Part shown: one piece after another, positions 1 through 12,835 of the stretch
Layout of the letters: the number at the start of each line of letters is the position of its first letter
How positions within the stretch are numbered: the first letter of the stretch is position 1
DNA from: Octopus vulgaris
Taxonomy: Eukaryota
DNA length: 64,000 bases
Direction: 5' to 3'
NCBI GenBank assembly: GCA_951406725.2
Contig: OX597841.1
Location: 1,178,001-1,242,000 of the forward strand
Position numbers and translations under genes: made by a program
The notes under the pieces: generated by a model
What the model was told of the DNA's origin: nothing
Databases searched by the model: none
What the model saw: the letters and a program-made list of their open reading frames with translations, nothing else

Positions 1-8
1 TATATATG

Positions 9-43
<35 letters not shown>

Positions 44-155
44 TATGTATATATATATGTATATATGTATATGTATATCTATATATATATATGTATATAT
101 ATGTATATATATATGTATATATATATGTGTATATATATATATGTATATATATGTG

Positions 156-219
<64 letters not shown>
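1..219. repeat. (TA)n/(TG)n microsatellite
   Basis: Dinucleotide runs seen directly; source of the YI/CV ORFs. Confidence 0.97.
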
Positions 220-220
<1 letters not shown>

Positions 221-436
221 TTTTATTCGTTTCTGTTATTTGACTGTGTCCATGCTGGAGCGCCACCTTAAAGGTAACCCCAGGATTTATTCTTTGTAAG
301 CCTAGTACTTATTCTATTGGTCTCTTTTGCCGAACTGCTAAGTTATAGGGGCCGTAAACACACCAATACCAGTTGTCAAGTGATGAGGTGGGGTGGGTGG
401 GCAGTGGGACAAACACAGATACAGAGACACACACAC
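218..436 (-). mobile_element. SINE family A, 3' half
   Basis: Diverged reverse complement of the 3' half of the full copy at 7869-8267. Confidence 0.8.
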
Positions 437-498
437 ACGTAAATATATACATACATATATACATATACACACACACATATATATGTGTGTGTGTGTAA

Positions 499-538
<40 letters not shown>

Positions 539-889
539 GAAATATGTTGTAAAAAGAAAATATAAAATACAAAATAAAATATAAAATACATGTGGAAATG
601 TCAGGGTAAAATATGAAAAATCAACGAAAATGCACATTGTAAATAAAAAAAGGCTTTTTATGACAGGTAACGACAAATATATACATTTAGATTGACTGAG
701 GTAGTAATAAGAGTCATAAAAGTCGTTATTATGAGATGATTATAAGATGATAATAATAAAGTAAGAGAACAAAGCGAACCATGGTTTCGGCAAAAGCTAT
801 ACATAGCTTTATTTTTTTTTTTTTGTTTTTTATAAGGCTGAGAACTCATAAAATAGTTTTCATGATATATAAATGACTGAGATTAAAAC

Positions 890-1085
890 ATTGGCCCCTG
901 GATGGGTCGCTGACCCTTCACAATGTTACCTTCCCAGTTGTTGTTGCAAATTATTTACAACTGAGTGGACTGGAGCCAACATTGATTGAAGTGTTTCCCT
1001 TGAGAACACAATGCACCACCCAGTCTGGAACCTGAACCTGTGATCTTATGATCCTGAGTGCTACACTCCAAGCACTAAGTTATGT
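890..1085 (-). mobile_element. Degraded tRNA/CORE-like SINE (family C-like)
   Basis: Minus strand resembles head and GTGTTCT..GCTCCAGTCCACTCAG body of the copy at 12836. Confidence 0.55.
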
Positions 1086-1294
1086 ATCATCATTAGAGTG
1101 ACTTGTTCAACATTATTATTATTATTATTATTTTTTTTTATATACAATCACAGAAACTACACCAATATTCAATATATTACAGTGTTGGACTCTTTCAAGT
1201 CCAGCCAAAAATTCAAGTAAACTCAAATATTTTTTTCTGTTCAACTGTGAGAATCAAACAGGCTGGAGTTTCTTGACAACGCTTGCACATGTTG

Positions 1295-1565
1295 CATTGG
1301 CCCCCGTGCCGGTGACACGTAAAAGCACCATCCGTTTGTGGCCATTTGCCAGCTCTGTCTGGCACCTGTGCGGGTGGCACGTAAAAAGCACCCACTACAC
1401 TCACGGGGTGGTTGGCGTTAGGAAGGGCATCCAGCCGTAGAAACACTGCCAGATCTGACTGGGCCTGATGAAGCCTTCCAGCTTCACAGACCCCAGTTGA
1501 ACCGTCCAACCCATGCTAGCATGGAAAACGGACGCTAAATGATGATGATGATGATGATGATGATG
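1295..1565 (+). mobile_element. RTE family 1 3' UTR fragment with (GAT)n tail
   Basis: Same terminus as the LINE at 3892-5583: CCATGCTAGCATGG palindrome then (GAT)n. Confidence 0.85.
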
Positions 1566-1640
1566 AAATGGCTCATTCATACGGTATTGTTTCTTTTTTC
1601 TCTCCATTTCTTGGTGTAAATATGCCTGAATTGTTTGTCA

Positions 1641-3420
1641 TTTGATAAACAGGGTGGTTATTACTTCACACTATTTGTTGTTTGATAAACAAGGTGGTAA
1701 TTACTTCAACCTATTTGTTGTTTAATAAACAAGGTGGTTATTACTTCACACTATTTGTTGTTTAATAAACAAGGTGGTTATTACTTCACACTATTTGTTG
1801 TTTGATAAACAAGGTGGTTATTACTTCACACTATTTGTTGTTTGATAAACAAGGTGGTTATTACTTCACGCTATTTGTTGTTTAATAAACAAGGTGGTTA
1901 TTACTTCACACTATTTGTTGTTTGATAAACAAGGTGGTTATTACTTCACACTATTTGTTGTTTGATAAACAAGGTGGTTATTACTTCACACTATTTGTTG
2001 TTTGATAAACAGGGTGGTTATTACTTCACACTATTTGTTGTTTGATAAACAAGGTGGTTATTACTTCACACTATTTGTTGTTTGATAAAAAAGGTGGTTA
2101 TTACCTCACACTATTTGTTGTTTGATAAAAAAGGTGGTTATTACTTCACACTATTTGTTGTTTGATAAACAAGGTGGTTATTACTTCACACTATTTGTTG
2201 TTTGATAAACAAGGTGGTTATTACTTCACACTATTTGTTGTTTGATAAACAAGGTGGTTATTACTTCACACTATTTGTTGTTTGATAAACAAGGTGGTTA
2301 TTACTTCACTCTATTTGTTGTTTGATAAACAAGGTGGTTATTACTTCACTCTATTTGTTGTTTGATAAACAGGGTGGTTATTACTTCACACTATTTGTTG
2401 TTTGATAAACAAGGTGGTTATTACTTCACACTATTTGTTGTTTGATAAACAAGTTGGTTATTACTTCACACTATTTGTTGTTTGATAAACAAGGTGGTTA
2501 TTACTTCACACTATTTGTTGTTTGATAAACAAGGTGGTTATTACTTCACACTATTTGTTGTTTGATAAACAAGGTGGTTATTACTTCACTCTATTTGTTG
2601 TTTGATAAACAAGGTGGTTATTACTTCACTCTATTTGTTGTTTGATAAACAAGTTGGTTATTACTTCACACTATTTGTTGTTTGATAAACAAGGTGGTTA
2701 TTACTTCACACTATTTGTTGTTTGATAAACAAGGTGGTTATTACTTCACACTATTTGTTGTTTGATAAACAAGGTGGTTATTACTTCACTCTATTTGTTG
2801 TTTGATAAACAAGGTGGTTATTACTTCACACTATTTGTTGTTTGATAAACAAGGTGGTTATTACTTCACACTATTTGTTGTTTGATAAACAAGTTGGTTA
2901 TTACTTCACACTATTTGTTGTTTGATAAACAAGGTGGTTATTACTTCACTCTATTTGTTGTTTGATAAACAAGGTGGTTATTACTTCACTCTATTTGTTG
3001 TTTGATAAACAGGGTGGTTATTACTTCACACTATTTGTTGTTTGATAAACAAGGTGGTTATTACTTCACACTATTTGTTATTTGATAAACAAGGTGGTTA
3101 TTACTTCACACTATTTGTTGTTTGATAAACAAGGTGGTTATTACTTCACTCTATTTGTAGTTTGATAAACAAGGTGGTTATTACTTCACTCTGTTTGTTG
3201 TTTAATAAACAAGGTGGTTATTACTTCACTCTATTTGTTGTTTGATAAACAGGGTGGTTATTACTTCACACTATTTGTTGTTTGATAAACAAGGTGGTTA
3301 TTACTTCACACTATTTGTTGTTTGATAAACAAGTTGGTTATTACTTCACACTATTTGTTGTTTGATAAACAAGGTGGTTATCATTCCACACTGTTTGTTA
3401 TTTGATAAACAAGGTAGTTA
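1641..3420. repeat. 40-bp minisatellite, about 44 copies
   Basis: Unit TTTGATAAACAAGGTGGTTATTACTTCACACTATTTGTTG in exact 40-bp register; no spacers. Confidence 0.98.
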
Positions 3421-3891
3421 TTTCACTCTGTTGTTTGATACAACAAATAGGGATGGTTGGTTTCATGTCACCTCTGCTCTTCAGAAGTAGTTGGCTCCAT
3501 ATCATTTCTGCTCTTCAGTGGTGGTTGGTTCCATAACTCCTCTCCTCTAGCATTTCTAACTCATCATGTCCCATCATGTCATTCATCGTCCATACTTTTT
3601 CCAAGTGCCATTCTCTGCATCAACCACTAAACCCACTTAATCTCCTCAGGACTTTAGCCCTCTGGAATTCCCTACCTCTACTCATACTTCGCGTATAGAC
3701 ACCCACGCATGACAGTTCTAGATAAATGTCAGCTCCATTGACAATTGACGGCCTGGACTGGCTTTGGCCTCAACTACCTCCTCCTAATCAATCCAATAAA
3801 AGCACGATATATCTGAAGACATATACTAGGAAGAACCGGAACCGAGGTTGATATATAAATAAGTGCATGTGTGTGTTTGTATGTGTGTATA

Positions 3892-4943
3892 CCAAGGGGT
3901 CCACCAAGGTTCAGTCCTCAGCCCCCTCCTATTTATCATAGTCCTCCAGGCAATAACGGAGGTATTCAAGACAGGATGCCCCTGGGAGCTCCTCTATGCT
4001 GATGACCTTGCTCTAATTGCTGAGTCACTATCAGAACTAGAGGAGAAGTTTCAAGTGTGGAAACAAGGATTAGAATCAAAGGGCCTTAGAGTCAACCTAG
4101 CTAAAATTAAAGTCCTAATAAGCAGGAAGGCAGACAAACTACAAATCCCTTCAGGTAGATGGCCCTGCTCGATCTGTAGTAGAGGTGTGGGTAGAAACTC
4201 TATAAGATGTACCCAGTGTAAGCTATGGACACATAAGAGGTGCAGTAATATCAAAGGAAGGCCAATTGGGAAGATAGTTTTTATATGTGGCAGATGCTCG
4301 GGTGCAATAAACACTGACAACGCGCAGAAAACAACTTCTGCCACATTCCAGGGAGAAAAACTAGAAGTAGTTGATAGCTTCCGTTACCTAGGTGACCAAG
4401 TCAGAAGCGGAGGAGGGTGCGCTGAAAGTGTAGCTGCTAGAATAAGAATAGCTTGGGCAAAGTTCAGAGAGCTCTTACCCCTGCTGGTGACAAATGGGCC
4501 TCTCACTCAGAGTAAAAGGTAGACTGCATGACGCATGTGTATGAACAGCCATGCTACATGGTAGTGAAACATGGGCTGTGACTGCCGAGTACATGCGTAA
4601 GCTCGCAAGGAATGAAGCCAATATGATCCGATGGATGTGTAATATCAGTGTGCATACTCGACAGAGTGTAAGTACCTTGAGAGAAAAGTTGGACATCAGA
4701 TGTGGTGTGCAAGAGAGACGACTGCGCTGGAATGGTCATGTGGCGAGAATGGATGAGGATAGCTGTGTGAAAAAGTGCCACACCCTAGTGGTTGAGGGAA
4801 CCTGTGGAAGAGGTAGACCCAGGAGGACCTGGGATGAAGTGGTGAAGCACGACCTTCGACCTTTAGGCCTCACCAGGGATATGACTAGTGACCAAGACTT
4901 ATGGAAATATGCTGTGCTTGAGAAGACCTGGCAAGCCAAATGA
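3892..4943 (+). pseudogene. Disrupted reverse transcriptase ORF with embedded C4HC3 finger
   Basis: ORFs 3863-4522 and 4551-4943 join once a 1-bp insertion near 4495 and an in-frame TGA near 4542 are corrected. Confidence 0.9.
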
Positions 4944-5583
4944 GACCATAATCCGTGGCCTATTGCTAGGAGCGTAACCAGCCCACTTATGCATGCCTTT
5001 TCTTTCTTTGGACACTAAACTCTGTTTGCGAAGACCTGTTGAGGCAAGTAAAATCAAAATCAAATTCGATGACTAGTGGGGTGCAAAGAGCACCATATGA
5101 GTGTGATCGTTGACAGAGCAGCTAACCGGCTTCCATGCCAAAAGGCACCATTTGAGTGTGATCATTACCAGCGTCGTTTTACTGGCATTGGTGCCCGTGC
5201 TAGTAGGGTGCCAAGAGCACCATCCGAGCGTGATCGTTACCAGAGCAGCCAACTGGCTTCCGTGCCGGTGGCATGTGAAAGAGTTCCATTCGAGCATGAT
5301 TGTTACCAGCGTCGCCTTACTGGCACCTCTGCCGGTGGCATATGTAAAAAGATTCGAGCAAGGTCATTGCCAGTACCGCCTGACTGGCCCCTGTGCTGGT
5401 GGCACATAAAAAGCACCCACTACACTCTCGGAGTGGTTGGCATTAGGAAGGGCAACCAGCTGTAGAAACTCTGCCAGATCAAGATTGGAGCCTGGTGCAG
5501 CCCTCTGGTTCGCCAGCCTTCAGTCTAAATCGTCCAACCCATGCTAGCATGGAGAGCGGTCATTAAATGATGATGATGATGAT
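3892..5583 (+). mobile_element. 5'-truncated RTE-clade LINE (family 1): RT C-terminal half, ~620-nt 3' UTR, (GAT)n tail
   Basis: GVHQGSVLSPLLF, LLYADDLAL (YADD 3995-4006), FRYLG, LHGSETW, RRLRWNGHV, GRGRPRRTW; stop at 4943; flanked by TG/TA runs. Confidence 0.95.
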
Positions 5584-5686
5584 ATATATATATATATACT
5601 GAGCTCTTAGACACTCTGCATTGGTGTATTGAGTACCTCGCTGTGTTACATGGAAAAGACCTGTCATCCATTTACACATGCTATTT

Positions 5687-5719
5687 TCAATACATACATA
5701 CATACATACATACATACAT

Positions 5720-5754
<35 letters not shown>

Positions 5755-5869
5755 TATGTATATGTATATGTGTGTGTGGATATGGATGTATAAATGTGTG
5801 TGTGTATGGATATATATGCATGTATATTATGTATATGTATACATATACATTCATGCACATATATACGTA

Positions 5870-5905
<36 letters not shown>

Positions 5906-6223
5906 GATATATATACACACACACACACACATATATATATATACATACATACACATGCATATACACAGATCTTTATACACAAAAACTCATACAAAGATAC
6001 ACGCGTGCACACACACGCACACACAGACATATATATGCTTAACACATATAAACATATACATCTATATGTATATTTATGTATGTATATGGATATATACATA
6101 CACATGTATGTTTATATATATTATATGCACAGTAACTCGCATGTGTGTACGAGTGTACATACGTACGTACATACATACATATGTACGTACATACATACAT
6201 ACATATGTACGTACATATGTACA

Positions 6224-6254
<31 letters not shown>

Positions 6255-6363
6255 GTACGTACATACATACATACATGCATACATACGTACATACATACAT
6301 ACATACATGCATATGTACGTACATACATACATACATACATACATACATACATACATGCATATG

Positions 6364-6394
<31 letters not shown>

Positions 6395-6427
6395 GTATGT
6401 ACATACACACATGCGTACGTACATACA
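5687..6427. repeat. Compound (TACA)n/(TA)n/(CA)n microsatellite
   Basis: Seen directly. Confidence 0.95.
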
Positions 6428-7217
6428 CCAAATACAATTTTGTTTTTAGCTATTTACTTGAATGTCATATCAGACTAGACTGCGATGAATGTCAAGAGAT
6501 TGTTGTGTGTGCGGTCGACTTTATCCACTCTACTTCAATAGCTGCAGATTGGCACAGAACAAACAGATAGATAAATATATATATATATATATATATGGAG
6601 AGAGAGAGAGAAAAGATATGCTGCAGAGAGAGAAGGTGAATGAATATAGGAAGAGCTGCAAAAGTCAATAAGAGTAAGAACCATTACAAGAGGGAGAAAA
6701 TAATAAAAAAAATGAAAAATAACAACGACCACCAGAACTCCAGAGAAGCAGAAAATGAAGCTTGTTTCTTGCATCTTACATAAATACAATGACTTTGAAT
6801 AAAAGAAAGTAGATGCTCCTACATGGTCAGTCGGATTGCTAGAAATAGCAACCAAATAACCCTTGAATTTTTTTTCTTACTGTCTCGTATTTTTTGTCTT
6901 TCGTCTTTTCAGTCTCTTTTTTTTCTTTTTTGTCTTTTTATCTTCTTGTTTATGTCGTTTCTGTTGTTGGACTGTGGCCATGCTGGGGCACCTCCTCTGA
7001 GGGTTTCATGCAGAACAAATTGGCCCCCAGTATTTATTTTGTTTTTAAAGCCCCTGGTACTTAAGCTATTAGGGATTCTTTTGCTAAAGCCCCAAGTTGT
7101 GTGTGAGGATGTAAATTAACCAATACAGGCTTGTCAAATGGTTGTGGGGACAGACACAAAGGCACACACACACACACGCACACACACATACACGCACGCA
7201 CGCACACACACACACAC

Positions 7218-7266
<49 letters not shown>

Positions 7267-7369
7267 ACACACAAACACACACACACATACACACACACTC
7301 TTTATACCTATGTATCCATATCTAAATGCCTCTCTCTCTATATCTATATATCTATCTATCTATATGTGC

Positions 7370-7405
<36 letters not shown>

Positions 7406-7406
7406 G

Positions 7407-7827
7407 TACTCTTTTACTTGTTTCAGTCATTTGATTGTGGCCATGCTGGAGCACTGCCTTTAGTCGAGCAAATCAACCCCAGCACTTATTCTTTGTAAAC
7501 CTAATACTTATTCTATCGGTCGCTTTCCAAACCGCTAAGTTACGGGGGCATAAACACACCAGATATTCGTTTGTCAAGTAATGCTAGGGGGACAAACACA
7601 GACACACAAACATATGCACCATGCTAGCATGGAAAGCGGACGTTAAACGATGATGATGATGATACGATGGGCTTCTTTCAGTTTCTGTCTACCAAATCCG
7701 CTTACAAAGCTATGGTCGGCCTGAGGCTATAGTAGAAGACACTTGCCCAAGGTGCCACGCAGTAGGACTGAACCTGGAACCATGTGGTTGGTAAGCAAGC
7801 TACTTACCACACAGCTACTCCTGCACT
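7407..7827 (-). mobile_element. SINE family A, full length, with a 45-bp RTE family 1 tail inserted at 7619-7663
   Basis: Reverse complement of 7869-8267; the internal microsatellite position carries CCATGCTAGCATGG...(GAT)n. Confidence 0.9.
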
Positions 7828-7868
7828 TAGAAATATGGAACGCTTCATGAATTTGCCCGTCATTATAT

Positions 7869-8267
7869 AGGCGCAGGAGTGGCTGTGTGGTAAGTAGCTT
7901 GCTAACCAACCACATGGTTCCGGGTTCAGCCCCACTGCGTGGCACCTTGGGCAAGTGTCTTCTGCTATAGCCTCGGGCCGACCAAAGCCTTGTGAGTGGA
8001 TTTGGTAGACGGAAACTGAAAGAAGCCTGTCGTCTATATGTATATATATATATATGTGTGTGTGTTTGTGTGTCTGTGTTTGTCCCCCTAGCATTGCTTG
8101 ACAACCGATGCTGGTGTGTTTACGTCCCCGTCACTTAGCGGTTCGGCAAAATAGACCGATAGAATAAGTACTGGGCTTACAAAGAATAAGTCCCAGGGTC
8201 GATATGCTCGACTAAAGGCGGTGCTCCAGCATGGCCGCAGTCAAATGACTGAAACAAGTAAAAGAGT
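7869..8267 (+). mobile_element. SINE family A (tRNA-derived, ~400 bp), full length
   Basis: A-box-like TGGCTGTGTGG, B-box-like GGTTCAGCCCC, CORE-like CCTTGGGCAAGT, internal TA/TG run, hairpin CAGTCAAATGACTG, tail GTAAAAGAG; about 25 copies or fragments in the window. Confidence 0.92.
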
Positions 8268-8678
8268 ATATAATGAACATTATTATTATCAACATTTTAC
8301 ATCTACTTTCCCATGCCTGCATGGGTTAGACAGGCGTAAGTTGGGGCAGAGTTTATTTTCTATGGCTTGAAGCCGTTCCTGACATCAACCCCCTCCTTAC
8401 CAAGCCACCTGTTTCTAAACCAGACAGTATTCGCCCAATCTATCATACAGCAAACACCCTGGACATGTTGATACATGTTGCAGAGCGATATCCTGGGCCA
8501 CACGCCCATACATGCCTTATTTTCTAGGTTTATTAAATGATGATATCTTCCACAGTCTTTTAAAATTTAATCCCTAGATTATGGCTGTAAAGAGCCATTT
8601 GCTGGTATGCCACGGCGATGCATTCATAAGATTAAGTTCAATCACAAATCAAAAGCTGTGCTAGTGTTGTAAACAGGA

Positions 8679-9283
8679 TATGTGTGTGTGTGTGTCCGTG
8701 TGTCCGTGTGTGTATGTACGTACATATGTATCTATATGCATATATGTACGTGTGTGATATATATGTGTGTGTATGTATATATGTATGTATGTATGTGCGT
8801 GTGTGTGTGTATATATGTACATTCGTATATATCTATACATGCATATATATCTATATGCATATATGTACATGTGTGATATATATATGTGTGTGTATGTATA
8901 TATGTATGTATGTATGTATGTGTGTGTGTGTGTGTGTGCATGTGTGTGTGTGTGTATATATGTACATACGTATATATCTATATGCATGTATGTATGTGTA
9001 TATATATATATATATATATATACATATGTATGTGTACATATGTGTTTGTGTGTATGTATGTATGTATGTGCATACATATATATCAATATGCATATGTGTA
9101 TGTGTGTGTATATATATATACATACATATATATATATATATAAGTATATGCACATATGTATGTAGGTGTGTGTGTATGTATATTTATATATATATATATA
9201 TATATATCTATAGATATGTCTGTGTATATGTATGTATGGGTATATATCTATATCTATCTATCTATCTATCAATCTATATATAT

Positions 9284-9328
<45 letters not shown>

Positions 9329-9484
9329 CATACATATATTATATATATATATATATATACATACACACACACACACACACACATATATATATTGCATATA
9401 CATCATTATATACATATATATATACATGTGTGCATGTATGTGCATGTATGTAATGTACGTATGTATGTACGCATGTACGTATGC
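8679..9484. repeat. Compound TA/TG microsatellite with internal block duplications
   Basis: Seen directly. Confidence 0.93.
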
Positions 9485-9773
9485 AAAAAACTACACCATG
9501 GCCACGTTCGTACCTAAAGATAAGAAACACAGTCATAGAGAGCTGCTCGCGCAGCGTGAGTCAAACCGACTTCAGTTTTTGTGTGTTTCGATCAATTGGA
9601 AGTGGCAGCCCCCCCCCCCCCACCCGACCCCGCGACCCCTACAGACCTCTTCACCGTCAGTTGTTGGCAAACAGCTACTATGTATATGAAATTTCAATCC
9701 AGGCAGAGTTTAGTCAAACAAAATTTTGGTCACATTGCCAAAAGCGCCAAACAAAACAGCACTATTAAGGCAG

Positions 9774-10380
<607 letters not shown>

Positions 10381-10597
10381 GAACTCGAGAAAATATACAC
10401 ATTTAAATTAATATATGCAGACAAAAGATGTGCAGACATGGCTATATGGTGAGAAGCTTACTTCCCAGGCGAATGGTTCTGGGTTCAGTCCCGCTGCATG
10501 GTACCTTGGAGCTGTCTTCTGCTGTAGTCTTGGGCCAAGGCCAACCAAAGCCTTGTGAGTGAATTTGTGAGAACAAAACTGAAACAAGGCCATCATA

Positions 10598-10812
10598 TGC
10601 CCTTCCTAACGCCAACCACCCCGTGAGTGTAGTGGGCTCTTTTTACGTGCCACCGGCACAGGTGCCAGACGGGGCTGGCAAACGGCCACGGTCAGATGAT
10701 GCTTTTTACGTGCCACCGGCATGGGGGCCAGGTGAAGCTGGCAATGGACACAATCGGATGGTGCTTTTTACGTGCCACCGGTACGGGGGCCAGGCAAGGC
10801 TGGCAACGGCCT
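10598..10812 (-). mobile_element. RTE family 1 3' UTR fragment, three repeat modules
   Basis: Three copies of TTTTTACGTGCCACCGG plus CCCTTCCTAACGCCAACCAC. Confidence 0.85.
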
Positions 10813-11309
10813 CAAACTGAAAAAACATTGCTTATAGTATGTCGGCAGTTATGTGGGGAGGTCACATCATCTCATTATATCTCATAGGTGCACAGGTGGC
10901 TGTGTGGTATGTAGCTTGCTTACCAACCAGATGGCTCAAGGTACAGTCCCACTGCATGGCACCTTGGGCAAATGTCTTCTACTATGGCTGCAGACCAACC
11001 AAAGCCTTGTGATTTTAATTTGTAGATGGAAACTGAAAGAAGCCAACTATATATATATATATATGCATTACATAATCCACACCTGATTATAAGTCTTACA
11101 TAGTTTAATGACTGTGTTACCTTTAAGAAACATTTTTAAAAATTAAGTATCTAAAGGAAAAATCCTTCTAGAAAGATTAAAGGAACGTTAAACTTTCATT
11201 CACCTCTCTGCGATTTGCAGTGAGTGGATGACAACAAAAATATAGCAGTAGTGATGCACCACCTGGTGGATGATTGTGGTAACACAAAACATCATAGCCA
11301 AACATACAA

Positions 11310-11681
11310 GGACTTGAGAGGCGTTTGGATGGAACTTACACCAGCCTCCTTATGAGAGCTCAAAATCTCTCGTGGAAGCGCCATCCAACCAAAATGCAAA
11401 TATATGGGAAACTACCACCTGTATCATCTCTTGTGAAAGGTAGGAGAGCCCAGCTTTGCTGGACATTGTTGTAGAGCTGAAAACGAGGTAATTTCTACTC
11501 TTCTCCTCTGGAAGCCATCTGCTCGCGATACCAGAGGGCGCACACTCTCCTACCCTGATGCAATCTCCAGGGATACAGGCATCCAGCAACAGGACCTCCG
11601 TAATGCTATGATGGACCGTGAAGTCTGGTGTAGCATGGTAAATTCCATTGTCTGGACCACGGTCGAACAATGATGGTGATG

Positions 11682-11683
<2 letters not shown>
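11310..11683 (+). mobile_element. RTE-like LINE family 2, 3' fragment
   Basis: Translates as LERRLDGTYTSLLMRAQNLSWKRHPTKMQIYGKLPPVS...FAGHCCR...DREVW..VEQ* followed by a (TGA)n tail. Confidence 0.85.
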
Positions 11684-11712
<29 letters not shown>

Positions 11713-11714
11713 CA

Positions 11715-11971
11715 TATCATCTCTTGTGAAAGGTAGAAGAGTCCAGTTTGCTGGACATTGTTGTAAAGCTGAAAACGAGGTAATTTCTACTCTTCTCCTC
11801 TGGAAGCCATCTGCTCGCGATACCAGAGGGCGCACACTCTCCTACCCTGATGTAATCTCCAGGGATACAGGCATCCAGCAACAGGACCTCCGTAATGCTA
11901 TGATGGACCGTGAAGTCTGGCGTAGCATGGTAAATTCCATTGTCTCGACCACGGTCGAACAATGTTGATGA
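11715..11971 (+). mobile_element. RTE-like LINE family 2, 3' fragment
   Basis: Near-identical to 11425-11683. Confidence 0.88.
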
Positions 11972-12030
11972 CAAGGTCTACATCCTGTATGACAAGTTTC
12001 TTGACCAAACTATAAACAATTAGACATTTC

Positions 12031-12187
12031 GGTTGTGTCTGGGGAGAGTCATTCTCTTTTAGTGCCTTATTATTTAACACACTCACCGGTTAGATTTCCA
12101 CTTATTTCTTATTTTTATTTTCCTAAAATTTTCGTTGCGTCTTGCAACCTTTTCAATAGTCTTGACTCTGTCCGTTATTTACACTGC
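12031..12187 (-). mobile_element. Probable Penelope-like terminal repeat (family P3) with hammerhead-like fold at 12123-12159
   Basis: Also at 39285-39442 and 48148-48307; minus strand CTA-TTGAAAA-G-GTTGC AAGAC GCAAC-GAAA-AT-TT-TAG. Confidence 0.6.
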
Positions 12188-12835
12188 GACCCCTTTTGTT
12201 TGTTTGTGGGTCAGTGTGTGTGTATGCCTATGCATGCATGTATGTATGTATGTATGTATGTATGTATGTATATATGTATGTATTCACGGGGACATAGAAA
12301 TAATCGGACTGAATACCCGATCGCACGGTTAAACCATTGGGAGTGAAGGACTCCTAGCCTTTGTTAGGGCATCCCTCTTGGAGAAGGTAACTCAGGTAAC
12401 TGGGATAACTCTGACATAAAACCTGTGGCTCAGTGGTTACCGATGATGTTGACTTGTTCTTCTTTTCGGATTATGACTACTGTTGCTTAGTGAGTGGGGT
12501 TGACTCAGTGCATAGCCTTTCCTCACTTTAAACTAAATCTTCTTGCACAGGCATTGCATGATAACAACATTGATTAAGCTTCGTGCAATGACCATACTCA
12601 ATAATGAGGGGGCAGCCACCATGTATGTATGTATGCATGCATGCGTGTGTATGCATATATGTGTGTGTATGCATTTGTATATTATGTGTGTACATCTGTA
12701 TGTATGTATTCTGTATATTCATGTGCTTGCATGTCCATGTGTGTTTTTTTATGTGTGTGTGTGTGTGTTTGTATATGTATGCATGACCTGATAGAAGATA
12801 AAGATGAAATACATTACTTCTATATTGTAGTTTGT

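Noticed and set aside
1641-3420. CRISPR array
   Set aside because: Units are contiguous with no unique spacers; eukaryotic context and no cas genes.
6440-6570. Possible exon
   Set aside because: The minus-strand AG/GT-bounded segment has stops in all frames; the plus-strand peptide is unrecognisable.
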